NCBI GenBank assembly: GCA_964432565.1
Contig: CAYSOA010000001.1
Coordinates: 29,630 to 93,629 of the forward strand
DNA from: an uncultured Bacteriovorax sp.
Lineage (GTDB): Bacteria > Bdellovibrionota > UBA1018
Direction: 5' to 3'
DNA length: 64,000 nucleotides
How positions within the stretch are numbered: the stretch's first letter is position 1; each line of letters starts with the position of its first letter. Positions 22,799 to 32,119 of this stretch are shown in pieces. Both the position numbers and the translations under genes were made by a program. The notes beneath the pieces were generated by a model, which ran no database searches, was not told where the DNA came from, and was given only the letters and a program-made list of their open reading frames with translations.

Positions 22799-25048
22799 AT
22801 GATCAGGCTCATCGGAAGATTTGTGTTGCCGTTGGCTTTGGTTCTCGCAGCCATCGGCTATGGCGTAGTTCCGCTGGTGGATTCGCTCACGATGAGGTGG
22901 TCGATTCGCGATCTCGACGGGCGAGCCGCCTTGCTTGCCAATGCCATGCGAGATCGACTCGAGGGCCTGGTGGCGAACTCGGGTGCGGAGGCCGTCTCTG
23001 ATTTTCTGGAGCGCGCGACCAAGGATGAGCGTCTCTTTGCCGTGGGATACTGCGATGGGTCGGGTCACCCCCGGTTTCGCACTCGTACATTTCCGTACGG
23101 GATGGGCTGCTTTCCTGACGAGGTCGAGCCAGGAACGCACTCCTACGTTCGCCGTGAGCAGGGAGGGCTTCTTCATGTCTCCCATCAGCAGTTGTCTTTT
23201 GAGCGGCAACCTGTTGCCTCGCTGGTGCTCGTTCATGACATGAGTTTTCTGGAGCGACGAAGCCAGGAGACGACGAAGTATATATTCTATCTCTTCACGG
23301 CGATTGCCGCAGCGGTCTCTGTTCTGACGGTTCTGATTGCCCACTTCAGCCAGCAGGGTCTTGTTCGAGGAATGCGTGCGTTGCTTCAGGGTGAAGGGAT
23401 CATGACGCCCTTGGCGAGAATTCGCTCCCCCGAGCTCAGGCCTCTCGCTCGTGAGCTTCGAGCACTGGTAAAGGATCTCGAACAGGATCGCAGGGTTCGC
23501 GACGAGAGTCGCATGACTTGGGCGCCTCGGACGCTCAAGACCATCCTGCAGCAGGAACTGGCCGGTGAGGAGGTTTTGATCGTCTCGAACCGGGAGCCCT
23601 ACATTCATGTGAAGAACGCAGGGCGAATTGAGGTGCGCGTTCCTGCAAGCGGGTTGGTGAGCGCCCTGGAACCTGTGATGCGGGCTTGTTCAGGAACCTG
23701 GATTGCGCATGGTGCCGGTAGCGCAGACCGTGAGACGGTCGATGCAGACGATCGAGTGCAGGTTCCGCCTAACGAACCTGCCTACCAGCTTCGGCGTGTC
23801 TGGCTCACGACCGAAGAGGAAGAAGGCTACTATTACGGATTTGCCAATGAGGGACTTTGGCCTCTCTGCCACTTTGCCCACAATCGGCCGACTTTTCGGA
23901 GTGAGGACTGGAATCAGTATCGAGCGGTCAATCAGAAGTTCGCTGATGCCGTCGTTCGTGAAGCCAAGACGGATGATCCCGTTATTCTCGTTCAGGACTA
24001 CCATTTTGCGCTACTGCCCAAAATGGTTCGTGAGAAGCTTCCGAATGCCACAATCATCACGTTCTGGCATATCCCGTGGCCGAATCCCGAGGCCTTTGGA
24101 ATCTGTCCGTGGCGCGAGGAGATCCTTGAGGGGATGCTGGGTAGCAGTATTCTTGGCTTTCATACCCGCTTTCACTGCAATAACTTCATCGATACCGTTG
24201 ATCGCTACCTCGAAGCTCGTGTGGACCGCGAGGCATCGGGGATCTCGATGGGGGGGGTCACGACGAGCGTGCAGAGCTATCCGATCTCCATTGAGTGGCC
24301 ACCGCGCTGGTTGAAGACTCAAGCCCCCATTGGCGATTGTCGACGAGCAGTTCGTGCGAGAAACGAGATGGACTCCGCTCGTCTCCTGGGTGTTGGCGTC
24401 GATCGGCTCGATTATACGAAGGGAATCCTTGAGCGGTTCCTTTCGGTTGAGAGGCTCTTTGAGCTGCATCCAGAGTGGATCGGAAGATTCACTCTGGTTC
24501 AGATCGCCGCGCCCAGTCGATCTTCGATTCAGCAGTACCAGAACTTTGAGGCGGAGGTTCGCGCCCTTGGGGCGCGAATCAATCAGCGGTTCGGGTCCTC
24601 TGGTTACGATCCCATCTGTCTCTTGATCCAGCATCACGAGCCACCTGAGGTTTTCGAGTACTTTCGAGGCTCTGATGTCTGTCTGGTGACGAGCCTTCAT
24701 GACGGAATGAATCTCGTCGCCAAAGAGTTCGTGGCCTCCCGCGAGGATGAGCGGGGCGTATTGGTTCTTAGTCAGTTTACCGGTGCAGCGCGTGAGCTCT
24801 CTGAGGCGCTGGTAGTCAACCCGTACGATATCGATCAGTGTGCCGCCGCTCTGCATGCCGCCTTGATCATGTCCGCAGACGAGCAGCGCGATCGGATGCG
24901 CAGCATGCGTGCGCTCGTAGAGGAGTACAATGTTTATCGGTGGGCCGGCAGAATGCTGATGGACGCAGCCAGAATTCGAAGACAGGAGCGCCTAAGGGAG
25001 CGGATTCGCCGGCTTGATCCCCTGGCGGGTCGGGGCTGGCGGGAGTAA
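22799..25048 (+). CDS. otsA: alpha,alpha-trehalose-phosphate synthase (GT20) with N-terminal membrane/periplasmic extension
   Basis: The GT20 catalytic domain runs from VLIVSNREPY onward (GFANEGLWPLCHF, retaining-GT fold). About 250 aa precede it, containing two hydrophobic helices that flank a domain of about 140 aa. Confidence 0.8.
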   Translation: MIRLIGRFVLPLALVLAAIGYGVVPLVDSLTMRWSIRDLDGRAALLANAMRDRLEGLVANSGAEAVSDFLERATKDERLFAVGYCDGSGHPRFRTRTFPYGMGCFPDEVEPGTHSYVRREQGGLLHVSHQQLSFERQPVASLVLVHDMSFLERRSQETTKYIFYLFTAIAAAVSVLTVLIAHFSQQGLVRGMRALLQGEGIMTPLARIRSPELRPLARELRALVKDLEQDRRVRDESRMTWAPRTLKTILQQELAGEEVLIVSNREPYIHVKNAGRIEVRVPASGLVSALEPVMRACSGTWIAHGAGSADRETVDADDRVQVPPNEPAYQLRRVWLTTEEEEGYYYGFANEGLWPLCHFAHNRPTFRSEDWNQYRAVNQKFADAVVREAKTDDPVILVQDYHFALLPKMVREKLPNATIITFWHIPWPNPEAFGICPWREEILEGMLGSSILGFHTRFHCNNFIDTVDRYLEARVDREASGISMGGVTTSVQSYPISIEWPPRWLKTQAPIGDCRRAVRARNEMDSARLLGVGVDRLDYTKGILERFLSVERLFELHPEWIGRFTLVQIAAPSRSSIQQYQNFEAEVRALGARINQRFGSSGYDPICLLIQHHEPPEVFEYFRGSDVCLVTSLHDGMNLVAKEFVASREDERGVLVLSQFTGAARELSEALVVNPYDIDQCAAALHAALIMSADEQRDRMRSMRALVEEYNVYRWAGRMLMDAARIRRQERLRERIRRLDPLAGRGWRE

Positions 25049-25053
25049 TCGGG

Positions 25054-25830
25054 GTGGACTACCTATTTTCTCGCGCGGGTAGGGCGGCTCTCGAAGGACT
25101 TCTGCAGCAGCGCGTCCTGTTTGCGTTCGACTTTGATGGCACCCTGGCACCCATCGTTGATGACCCGCTCCGGGCCAGTGCCGGGGCTAGGACAGAATTC
25201 CTGCTCCAGGAGCTGGCTGCGAGCCAGTCGGTGGTGATCTTGTCGGGACGTGCCGTCTCTGACCTGTCCCGTAGGACAACCCTTCACCGATCGAGACTGG
25301 TTGGCAACCATGGGCTCGAGTACTCGGGGGCGGATACCCGAGCGATGCATCGTGCTCGTCGGGCGGTCGCGGGCTGGAAAAAGCAGTGCGCTCGGTGGTG
25401 GACGAACCAAGTAGTCGATCCGGGACTCGTGCTCGAGAACAAGGGGATTTCTCTTGCGCTTCACTATCGTCAGAGCGCAAACAGGACACGGGCACGGCGA
25501 CAGATCCAGTCGCTATTGGCCCATCTCGAGCCTCCACCCCGACTGATTCCCGGCAAGGCCGTTCTGAATCTCATGCCGCCCGGAGGCGGGCACAAGGGTC
25601 TGGCGCTGCAGCAATGGATGAAGCGGGAGGGATTCGGATATGCCTTCTTCATCGGGGACGATCACACTGATGAGGATGTCTTTGCTCTGCAGGACCCGCG
25701 AATCCTCGGTGTGCGAGTGGGTAGACGCATCAGCAGCAAGGCAGATTATTTCATTCGAAACCAGGGGCAGGTGGACCGGGTACTTGAGTTGATGGTTGGG
25801 TATTTCGATCGAAATTCGTCACCTCCTTGA
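25054..25830 (+). CDS. otsB: trehalose-phosphatase
   Basis: HAD motif I (FAFDFDGTL), a conserved IGDDHTDED block, a 258-aa length and the position immediately after otsA all match OtsB. Confidence 0.8.
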   Translation: MDYLFSRAGRAALEGLLQQRVLFAFDFDGTLAPIVDDPLRASAGARTEFLLQELAASQSVVILSGRAVSDLSRRTTLHRSRLVGNHGLEYSGADTRAMHRARRAVAGWKKQCARWWTNQVVDPGLVLENKGISLALHYRQSANRTRARRQIQSLLAHLEPPPRLIPGKAVLNLMPPGGGHKGLALQQWMKREGFGYAFFIGDDHTDEDVFALQDPRILGVRVGRRISSKADYFIRNQGQVDRVLELMVGYFDRNSSPP

Positions 25831-25938
25831 CTCTTTCCCGTGGTTTGCCCCGCCCATTGCGTGATGGTCTTTACTCCGAACGCCGACTCCTGAAGAATGA
25901 GATAAACTCAAACTTCGACCTGATGGAAGGATCGGACC

Positions 25939-26835
25939 ATGAATCGTTCATACGCCGTTTTCCCCGCGCTACTGGCACTAATCTCCGTTTTGAGCTCAGG
26001 ATGTGCGCTCACTCGCACCGTTGGCTGGAATCAGGATCGTGGAGCAATCAGCCTGGGGGAGAAGGAGAAGTCCTCGCTGCTCACCTCCGCACGAAAGCAC
26101 TGGGCTGCCAGAGGTGAGCGTGCCGAACTCGAGCTGGCACTTCAGGAGTATGAGCGGGTGGCGCTTGCTGATCCTTCTCATTACGAGGCTCATTCGTACC
26201 TGGTGCGTGGATATTACCTTCTTGCCGACGGTCATCTGCCTGATTCCGAAATGACCGAAAAGAAGCGTCTCTGGGAAGTGGGAACCTCCTGGGGGGAACG
26301 TGCGCTCGCCACCAATGCCGAGTTTCGAAAGAAGGTGAAAGAGGAGGGCGTGCTGCTTGAGGACGCGCTCGATGTGATCGGGAAAGACCAGATTGACGCG
26401 ATCTACTGGACGGCGAGCAACCTGGGAAAGTGGGCCAAGAACTCGAACATCTCGACGGCGCTGAAGTACAAGACGCGAGTCAAGAAGATGATCGAGCGGG
26501 TTCAGTCCCTCGATCCTGACTACTTTCATGGTGCGCCAGCCAGATATTGGGGGGCCTACTTCTCTGCATTGCCCAAGCTTTTTGGGGGAAGCCTCGAGAA
26601 GAGTGAGGAGTTCTTCAAGAAGAGCATGAAGACTGCTCCTCATTATCTCGGAACCCAGGTGCTTTATGCCGACCTGCTTCAGCGCAAGCGAGGCGACAGA
26701 AAGGGCTTTCGCAGGACTCTCGAGACGGTCCTGTCTGCAAAGGCGGATGCGATCGCCGAGCTCGCTCCGGAGAACCGCCTGGAGCAGCGAAAGGCAAAGG
26801 ATCTTCTGGCGCGCGAAGTAGAGCTGTTTGAGTGA
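25939..26835 (+). CDS. TRAP transporter TatT-component-like lipoprotein (TPR-like)
   Basis: A lipoprotein signal peptide (LISVLSSGC), helical-repeat composition and its position directly upstream of, and overlapping, the TRAP substrate-binding gene match the TPAT arrangement. Confidence 0.5.
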   Translation: MNRSYAVFPALLALISVLSSGCALTRTVGWNQDRGAISLGEKEKSSLLTSARKHWAARGERAELELALQEYERVALADPSHYEAHSYLVRGYYLLADGHLPDSEMTEKKRLWEVGTSWGERALATNAEFRKKVKEEGVLLEDALDVIGKDQIDAIYWTASNLGKWAKNSNISTALKYKTRVKKMIERVQSLDPDYFHGAPARYWGAYFSALPKLFGGSLEKSEEFFKKSMKTAPHYLGTQVLYADLLQRKRGDRKGFRRTLETVLSAKADAIAELAPENRLEQRKAKDLLAREVELFE

Positions 26836-27884
26836 GATCGGGGGTAGCCATGAGTGCGCGCGAACTTGGTCGGTGGAGTTATTCGGTTGCCGTTGCCCTT
26901 TTCGGTCTTGCGAGTGCGCTTCCGAGCTCGGCGCTCGCAAAGACGGTACTGAAGTTTGGAACCGTTGCTCCGGACAATACTCCGTGGGCGGATGAGCTGA
27001 AAGCCATCCAGACACGGGTTGCCACGGAGAGTGCCGGCGAGATTCAGATCAAGACCTACCTGGGCGGTCAACTCGGGGGAGAACTCGAGATCCTGCAGGG
27101 AATTCGTCGCGGAAGGATTCAAGGGGGGGGGATCACCTCGGGCGCCCTCGCCAGTGCAATTCCAGAGATGGACCTTCTCGAGATCCCGTTCATTTTTGAG
27201 TCGAACGAAGAGGCGGATTTCGTTCTGGACAATCACTTGTTCGAGCCCTTTCAGAAGCTTTTCGAAAAAAAGGGTCTGATTCTGGTGAGCTGGGCCGAGA
27301 ATGGGTGGCGCGATATTGCCACTCGCGAGAAGCCAGTCCTCGCGCCGGCGGACCTCAAGGGGGTGAAGATTCGCTCCCAGGAGAGCAAGACGCATCTCGC
27401 CTTCTGGAAGCGTCTCGAGGCAAACCCGGTTCCGATCGCAGTTCCCGAGATTCTTTCCTCGCTTCAGACCGGTCTGGTGCAGGGTTTTGACAATACGCCT
27501 CTATTCACCCTGGCTGCAGAGCTTCACACGGCCGTGAAGCACTACTCAGTCAGTCGTCATATTTATCAGCCTGCTGCCATCGTTTATAGCAAGGTAACCT
27601 GGGACAAACTGAGTGAGTCCCAGCGAAAGATTCTGATGGGACCGGGTAATGCCCAGGCTGGAAAAGCGAGGGCTTCAGTTCGAGCCCTGGGCCAGCAGCT
27701 CATCGACATTCTCAAGGAGTCCGGTGTGAAGGTGGCGGTACTGACCGAAAAGCAGCGAATGGCCTTCCGGGACGCTGCCAAGGGACTCGACCGCGAACTT
27801 GTTCCGCAAATCGGGGGGGAGGCCGAGAAGATCCTTGCAGCCCTTCTTGAAGGCAAGAAGGCGTTTGCGAGCCGCAAGAAGTAG
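26832..27884 (+). CDS. dctP: TRAP transporter substrate-binding protein (DctP family)
   Basis: The 350-aa ORF has a signal peptide, a DctP-family pattern and lies upstream of dctQ and dctM. Confidence 0.75.
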   Translation: MRSGVAMSARELGRWSYSVAVALFGLASALPSSALAKTVLKFGTVAPDNTPWADELKAIQTRVATESAGEIQIKTYLGGQLGGELEILQGIRRGRIQGGGITSGALASAIPEMDLLEIPFIFESNEEADFVLDNHLFEPFQKLFEKKGLILVSWAENGWRDIATREKPVLAPADLKGVKIRSQESKTHLAFWKRLEANPVPIAVPEILSSLQTGLVQGFDNTPLFTLAAELHTAVKHYSVSRHIYQPAAIVYSKVTWDKLSESQRKILMGPGNAQAGKARASVRALGQQLIDILKESGVKVAVLTEKQRMAFRDAAKGLDRELVPQIGGEAEKILAALLEGKKAFASRKK

Positions 27885-27898
27885 GGCTGCGAGGAAGG

Positions 27899-28405
27899 AT
27901 GATGCAAAACTTGCGTGCTCTACTCAAGGCTCTGAATCGGTTCGAGCGTGCGATCTGTGCTGTCTGCTTTGGCCTGCTGGCGCTGCTGATGGTGGTCGAC
28001 ATCTTTTCGCGCGAGGTGCTTCAGCAGAGCTTTCATCGCGGGCCCAAGCTGGCGATTGATCTGATGATCTGGGGAGGCTTTCTCGGGGCATCGCTTTGTG
28101 TTGCCGCAGGCACGCATCTTCGAATCGAGGCTGCCGATCGATTGTGGCCGGACTCCTGGCGGTCACTTGTGACGCGCCTTCAAACGCTGGTCACGTTCGC
28201 TTTCTGCCTCGCCTTTGCCTGGGTTTCCGCAAAGTATGTGGGGGAGTCGAGGCAAATGGGCGAGGTCGGGGTGGTGACCGGAGTGCCGATCTGGATGGTG
28301 CAGACGGTGATTCCCGTGTCGTTTGGCTCGATGGCGTTTCGGTACCTGATGCATGCCTTGTTTCCCGCCCTTCGGCCGAGTCCGGTTGTGGGAGAGGGGC
28401 GATGA
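27899..28405 (+). CDS. dctQ: TRAP transporter small permease
   Basis: A 168-aa ORF with four TM segments. Its stop overlaps the dctM start (ATGA). Confidence 0.7.
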   Translation: MMQNLRALLKALNRFERAICAVCFGLLALLMVVDIFSREVLQQSFHRGPKLAIDLMIWGGFLGASLCVAAGTHLRIEAADRLWPDSWRSLVTRLQTLVTFAFCLAFAWVSAKYVGESRQMGEVGVVTGVPIWMVQTVIPVSFGSMAFRYLMHALFPALRPSPVVGEGR

Positions 28406-29667
28406 GTGGCTTGGGGCTAGCGGTTCTCGTTCCAGTGCTGGTGTTGCTGGGACAGCCGCTGTTTGTGATTCTTGGGGCGGTAACCGCCTACTGCTACGCG
28501 TTTCTGGGGGATGGTGAAATCTCGGGCGTGATTGAAGACATTTACTTCGCGGCGAACAAGGATCTGCTGCTGGCGATCCCGCTCTTCATTCTTGCGGGTG
28601 CGCTGATGGGCAAAGGCGGAATCTCCCGACGTCTGATTCGACTGGGGACCTCTCTCACGGCAGGAGTTCCGGCGGGACTGGCTGTGGCCGCCGTCTTCTC
28701 TTGTGCAATTTTTGCAGCCATTTCAGGGTCCTCTCCCGTCACCATGATCGCCATTGGAAGCATCCTCTATCCCGCCCTTCGTGATGCGAACTACCCTGAT
28801 TCGTTATCGATGGGCGTGGTCTCGGCTGGCGGCACGCTTGGAATCATCATCCCCCCTTCGATTCCGATGATTGTGTTTTCGATCATGGCGGGAGTTTCGG
28901 TCACTGACCTGTTCATTGCTGGAGTGGGCCCTGGCTTGCTGCTGACGGGGCTGCTCGTGGGGTATTGCCTGTGGCGCGGAAGGGCACTTCCCCGAAGCCA
29001 GTGGTCGAGGCGCGATATTCTAATGGCGTTGAGGCAGGGGGCGTTCGCCCTTCTGATGCCCGCACTGATTCTAGGCGGAATCTACTCGGGTTGGTTTACG
29101 GCCACCGAATCGGCGGCAATCGCGGTGGTCTATGCCCTTCTGGTCGAACTGGTCGTCCATCGCGAGCTCGACTGGCGGAAGATTCCTGATGTGCTCGTTG
29201 AGACCGCTCAGCTACTGGGGTCTCTTTTCTTGATTTTGGTCTTTGCCGTCAGCCTGAACAAGTTCATGACGTTCGAGCAGATTCCGCAGTCGCTGGTCGA
29301 GCTGCTGTCGCAATCCGTTCAAAGCAGGCTGGCCTTCATACTGGGAGTGAACCTGCTTCTACTTGCTGCAGGAGCGTTCATGGATGCGTTAAGTGCGATT
29401 CTGGTTCTTGCGCCACTTCTGGTGCCGATGGCGATTCACTACGGAATGAACCCCATTCATTTTGGCATCATGATGATCGTGAACCTCGAGATCGGCTACC
29501 TGACGCCGCCTGTGGGCGTGAACCTCTTCGTGGGCTCCAGCGTTTTTCGTCAGCCCGTCGGGGTGGTGATTCGGTCGGTTCTTCCGCTGATCGGGGTGCT
29601 GCTCTGTGGGTTGGCCCTGGTGGCGTTTTGGCCAGAGCTCAGCCTTTTTCTGGTTTCCGAAAAATAG
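28402..29667 (+). CDS. dctM: TRAP transporter large permease
   Basis: A polytopic DctM-family membrane protein of about 420 aa starting at MSGLGLAVLVPV. The listed ORF begins upstream at 28096 in the same frame, but that extension overlaps dctQ. Confidence 0.8.
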   Translation: MSGLGLAVLVPVLVLLGQPLFVILGAVTAYCYAFLGDGEISGVIEDIYFAANKDLLLAIPLFILAGALMGKGGISRRLIRLGTSLTAGVPAGLAVAAVFSCAIFAAISGSSPVTMIAIGSILYPALRDANYPDSLSMGVVSAGGTLGIIIPPSIPMIVFSIMAGVSVTDLFIAGVGPGLLLTGLLVGYCLWRGRALPRSQWSRRDILMALRQGAFALLMPALILGGIYSGWFTATESAAIAVVYALLVELVVHRELDWRKIPDVLVETAQLLGSLFLILVFAVSLNKFMTFEQIPQSLVELLSQSVQSRLAFILGVNLLLLAAGAFMDALSAILVLAPLLVPMAIHYGMNPIHFGIMMIVNLEIGYLTPPVGVNLFVGSSVFRQPVGVVIRSVLPLIGVLLCGLALVAFWPELSLFLVSEK

Positions 29668-29759
29668 CCCAATAGGCTGAAATGATGACATTATATTAGT
29701 TTTGGTGGCGCCCGCTTCTTTTTTGACGCGGCGTGTGATTTTCGATAGGTCCTTGCCCC

Positions 29760-31115
29760 ATGCGGCTCTTCGTTTGTCTGTTTGCCGGGGTGTCGGTGGG
29801 GATCGGGTCATACGCCTTTACCGGCGAGAGCGATCGCCACTCGTTGTTTTACTCCGCTTCGCGGTCCAGTGAGGCGGTCATCACCTTCGACCATCAGGTG
29901 GAGTTTTCGGCTCGCGTTAAACCCGACCTTGAGCTGGCCCGAGAGAAGATTCACCAGCAGGTGCTGCATCTCTTCGGGTCGATGGCTGAAGCAACGACGA
30001 AGGCCGTGCCCAAGGGCAATGAGCGCATCACTCGCGTCAGCGTCCTGCAAAAGCCGGGTACTCGAACGCATTGGATTGCTCGCTACTCCTATGAGGGCAC
30101 GATCGTCCTCGAGAACGACCGCTCGAGCATCTATGAGGTGGTGCTTCCGAGAAATCCCGATCGAATTTACCGCTCAGGTTTGGAGCTCGATCGTCGGGGA
30201 AATCCCGTCAATCGGTGCACCGATGAGCACTATCAGTCGGAAGGGGATTTTTGGTATTTTTGGAGTCCCGACAAACCGGGATGTCCTCTAATCGAAGGAG
30301 TGCACTACGATCGAGTCGCCAGCAGTGTGAGACGCCTCGAAAACAGTGTTCGCACCTACCCGGAGTACGATCGTCTGGCCGATCCCTCCGGTAGGATTCG
30401 CATCAGCATCCTGATGGGCATGGATGATCCTCGTTTTTCAAAGAACCCGCAGGTATCGGCTGACCTGAATGCGGAGAATTACAGAGCGATTCGTCGCAGC
30501 CTCATTGAGGAGCAGCGGTATTCGGTTCGCAGGCTTTCGCCGGGCGAAGTGCGTACGACGACGGGCCTCGATCAACCGGTTGCGTATGTCGAACGGTTTT
30601 CCCGACAGGCGAAGCGAGCAAGAATCGAAGTGACCTTATTTTTCGGACCCAGCGGCATCGATGAGGATAGTGCGGCATTTCACCACTTTTATCGTGACGC
30701 GATCGAAAACGCTTCGGTCCTCATCTATGACGGCCACTCGGGCCTGGGGGGGCACCTCGATCTTGAGTCGATCGAGGAGCTGCAGGGCTTCGGGATTCGT
30801 CCCAACCGCGAGCGCTACCAGATCTACTATTTCAATAGCTGCAGCTCGTACACCTATTACAATTCGATGTACTTCGGGCGAAAGCGAAGCGCAGAGGACC
30901 CCAAGGGAACCCGTAATCTCGACATCCTGACCAATGGACTTGCCACTTATTTCTCCGTCCTCGGCGAGAGCGACCTTGTCCTCGTCAAAGCCATTGATCG
31001 TTGGGCTGATGGAGGGCTTGCAAGAAGCTATCAGGCGCTTGCCGGTGAAATCGACAGCGACAACCTTTTTGGCGTCAACGGCGACGAAGACAACCCTGCA
31101 GTGGCCCCTCGCTAG
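29760..31115 (+). CDS. hypothetical secreted protein with caspase-like (clan CD) His/Cys dyad architecture
   Basis: An N-terminal hydrophobic segment is present. A hydrophobic strand plus HG (VLIYDGHSG) is followed about 43 aa later by a hydrophobic strand plus Cys (QIYYFNSCSSY). This spacing resembles C11/C13/C14 cysteine peptidases. Confidence 0.35.
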   Translation: MRLFVCLFAGVSVGIGSYAFTGESDRHSLFYSASRSSEAVITFDHQVEFSARVKPDLELAREKIHQQVLHLFGSMAEATTKAVPKGNERITRVSVLQKPGTRTHWIARYSYEGTIVLENDRSSIYEVVLPRNPDRIYRSGLELDRRGNPVNRCTDEHYQSEGDFWYFWSPDKPGCPLIEGVHYDRVASSVRRLENSVRTYPEYDRLADPSGRIRISILMGMDDPRFSKNPQVSADLNAENYRAIRRSLIEEQRYSVRRLSPGEVRTTTGLDQPVAYVERFSRQAKRARIEVTLFFGPSGIDEDSAAFHHFYRDAIENASVLIYDGHSGLGGHLDLESIEELQGFGIRPNRERYQIYYFNSCSSYTYYNSMYFGRKRSAEDPKGTRNLDILTNGLATYFSVLGESDLVLVKAIDRWADGGLARSYQALAGEIDSDNLFGVNGDEDNPAVAPR

Positions 31116-31141
31116 ATCGAGGCGGAGCCACCGCCTGAAGG

Positions 31142-32119
31142 TTGCAGATTTGCAGCGCTGAGCCCGTGATGCGCGTCCTTCAAGAAACGGGGCGACGAAC
31201 GGTGCTTGTGCTGCTCCTGATCCTGACGCCTTGGCTCGTCCGCTCCTTGGGCGGACCGTCTGCCTGGCAGCCTGAGAGGCCCCGAAAGCCGCTGCCGATG
31301 AGGTGGCAGGCCCAACCGGATGAAGCCCCGGCGCGGGTCTCGCCGGAATCGGTTCCTTCCACAATTGATGAAAGTGGGATGCGCCGCGCGCGCGACCGAC
31401 TTGCCGCAATTTCACTCGAGCTTCTTGAGCTTGAAAGCGAGCGGGACGAGCTCGAGAGCGAGCTGCTGGTGCTTCAGTCGAAAAGAGCGGAAGTGGAGTT
31501 GCAAACGGGGAGCGAGCAGGCCGAATACGAGCAGCTTCGGTCGGAACAGGAGGAGGCGACGGTTCGCTTTCTCGAGGATCAGCAGGTGGCTCGAATCCTT
31601 CTTGAGGTGCGGAGGATCGAGCTGGAGTCAGCCATCTCAGCCCTCGACGAACAGCTTTCGGAGCGGACTCGTCAGGCCCGACTGGCGGCTGATCGGGTCG
31701 ACTATCTTCGGGGACTCAATTTTGTTTCGGATGAGCTGGCGTCTGCCGTTGAAGCGTTGGGGCGACTCGAAATGGAACGTGACCAAATTCAGGGAGAGCG
31801 CGATCGGCTGCGGCTTCAACTTCGCTCTGAGGTTTCAGAGGCAGAGTCGTTTTCAGACTGGCAGGTTCGGCAGGAGCAGGCCGCGCAGCTTCGCGAGATG
31901 GAGACCAGGGTCGATCAGCTGCGCCGACGCTATGGCGAGCTTCGAGAGGAGGGAGAGACGATGAGAGCCCGTGAGTCCGAAATTCGCGACAGAATCGGGC
32001 GGCTGGATGCCGAGATCACGAGCAAGGAGCAGCAGCAGGCGCTCGCTCAGGAGGCCTATGAGAACGCGCTAGCTGCCGTTCGAGATCGCTCGGTTCAGCA
32101 ACCTCAGCGTCCGTCGTGA
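31142..32119 (+). CDS. hypothetical membrane-anchored coiled-coil protein
   Basis: An N-terminal TM helix (VLVLLLILTPWLV) is followed by about 250 aa of E/R/L-rich coiled coil. Confidence 0.4.
   Translation: MQICSAEPVMRVLQETGRRTVLVLLLILTPWLVRSLGGPSAWQPERPRKPLPMRWQAQPDEAPARVSPESVPSTIDESGMRRARDRLAAISLELLELESERDELESELLVLQSKRAEVELQTGSEQAEYEQLRSEQEEATVRFLEDQQVARILLEVRRIELESAISALDEQLSERTRQARLAADRVDYLRGLNFVSDELASAVEALGRLEMERDQIQGERDRLRLQLRSEVSEAESFSDWQVRQEQAAQLREMETRVDQLRRRYGELREEGETMRARESEIRDRIGRLDAEITSKEQQQALAQEAYENALAAVRDRSVQQPQRPS

Noticed and set aside
28096-28401. Upstream in-frame extension of dctM (MCCRRHASS...)
   Set aside because: It overlaps dctQ entirely. The true dctM start is the ATG at 28402, which overlaps the dctQ stop.
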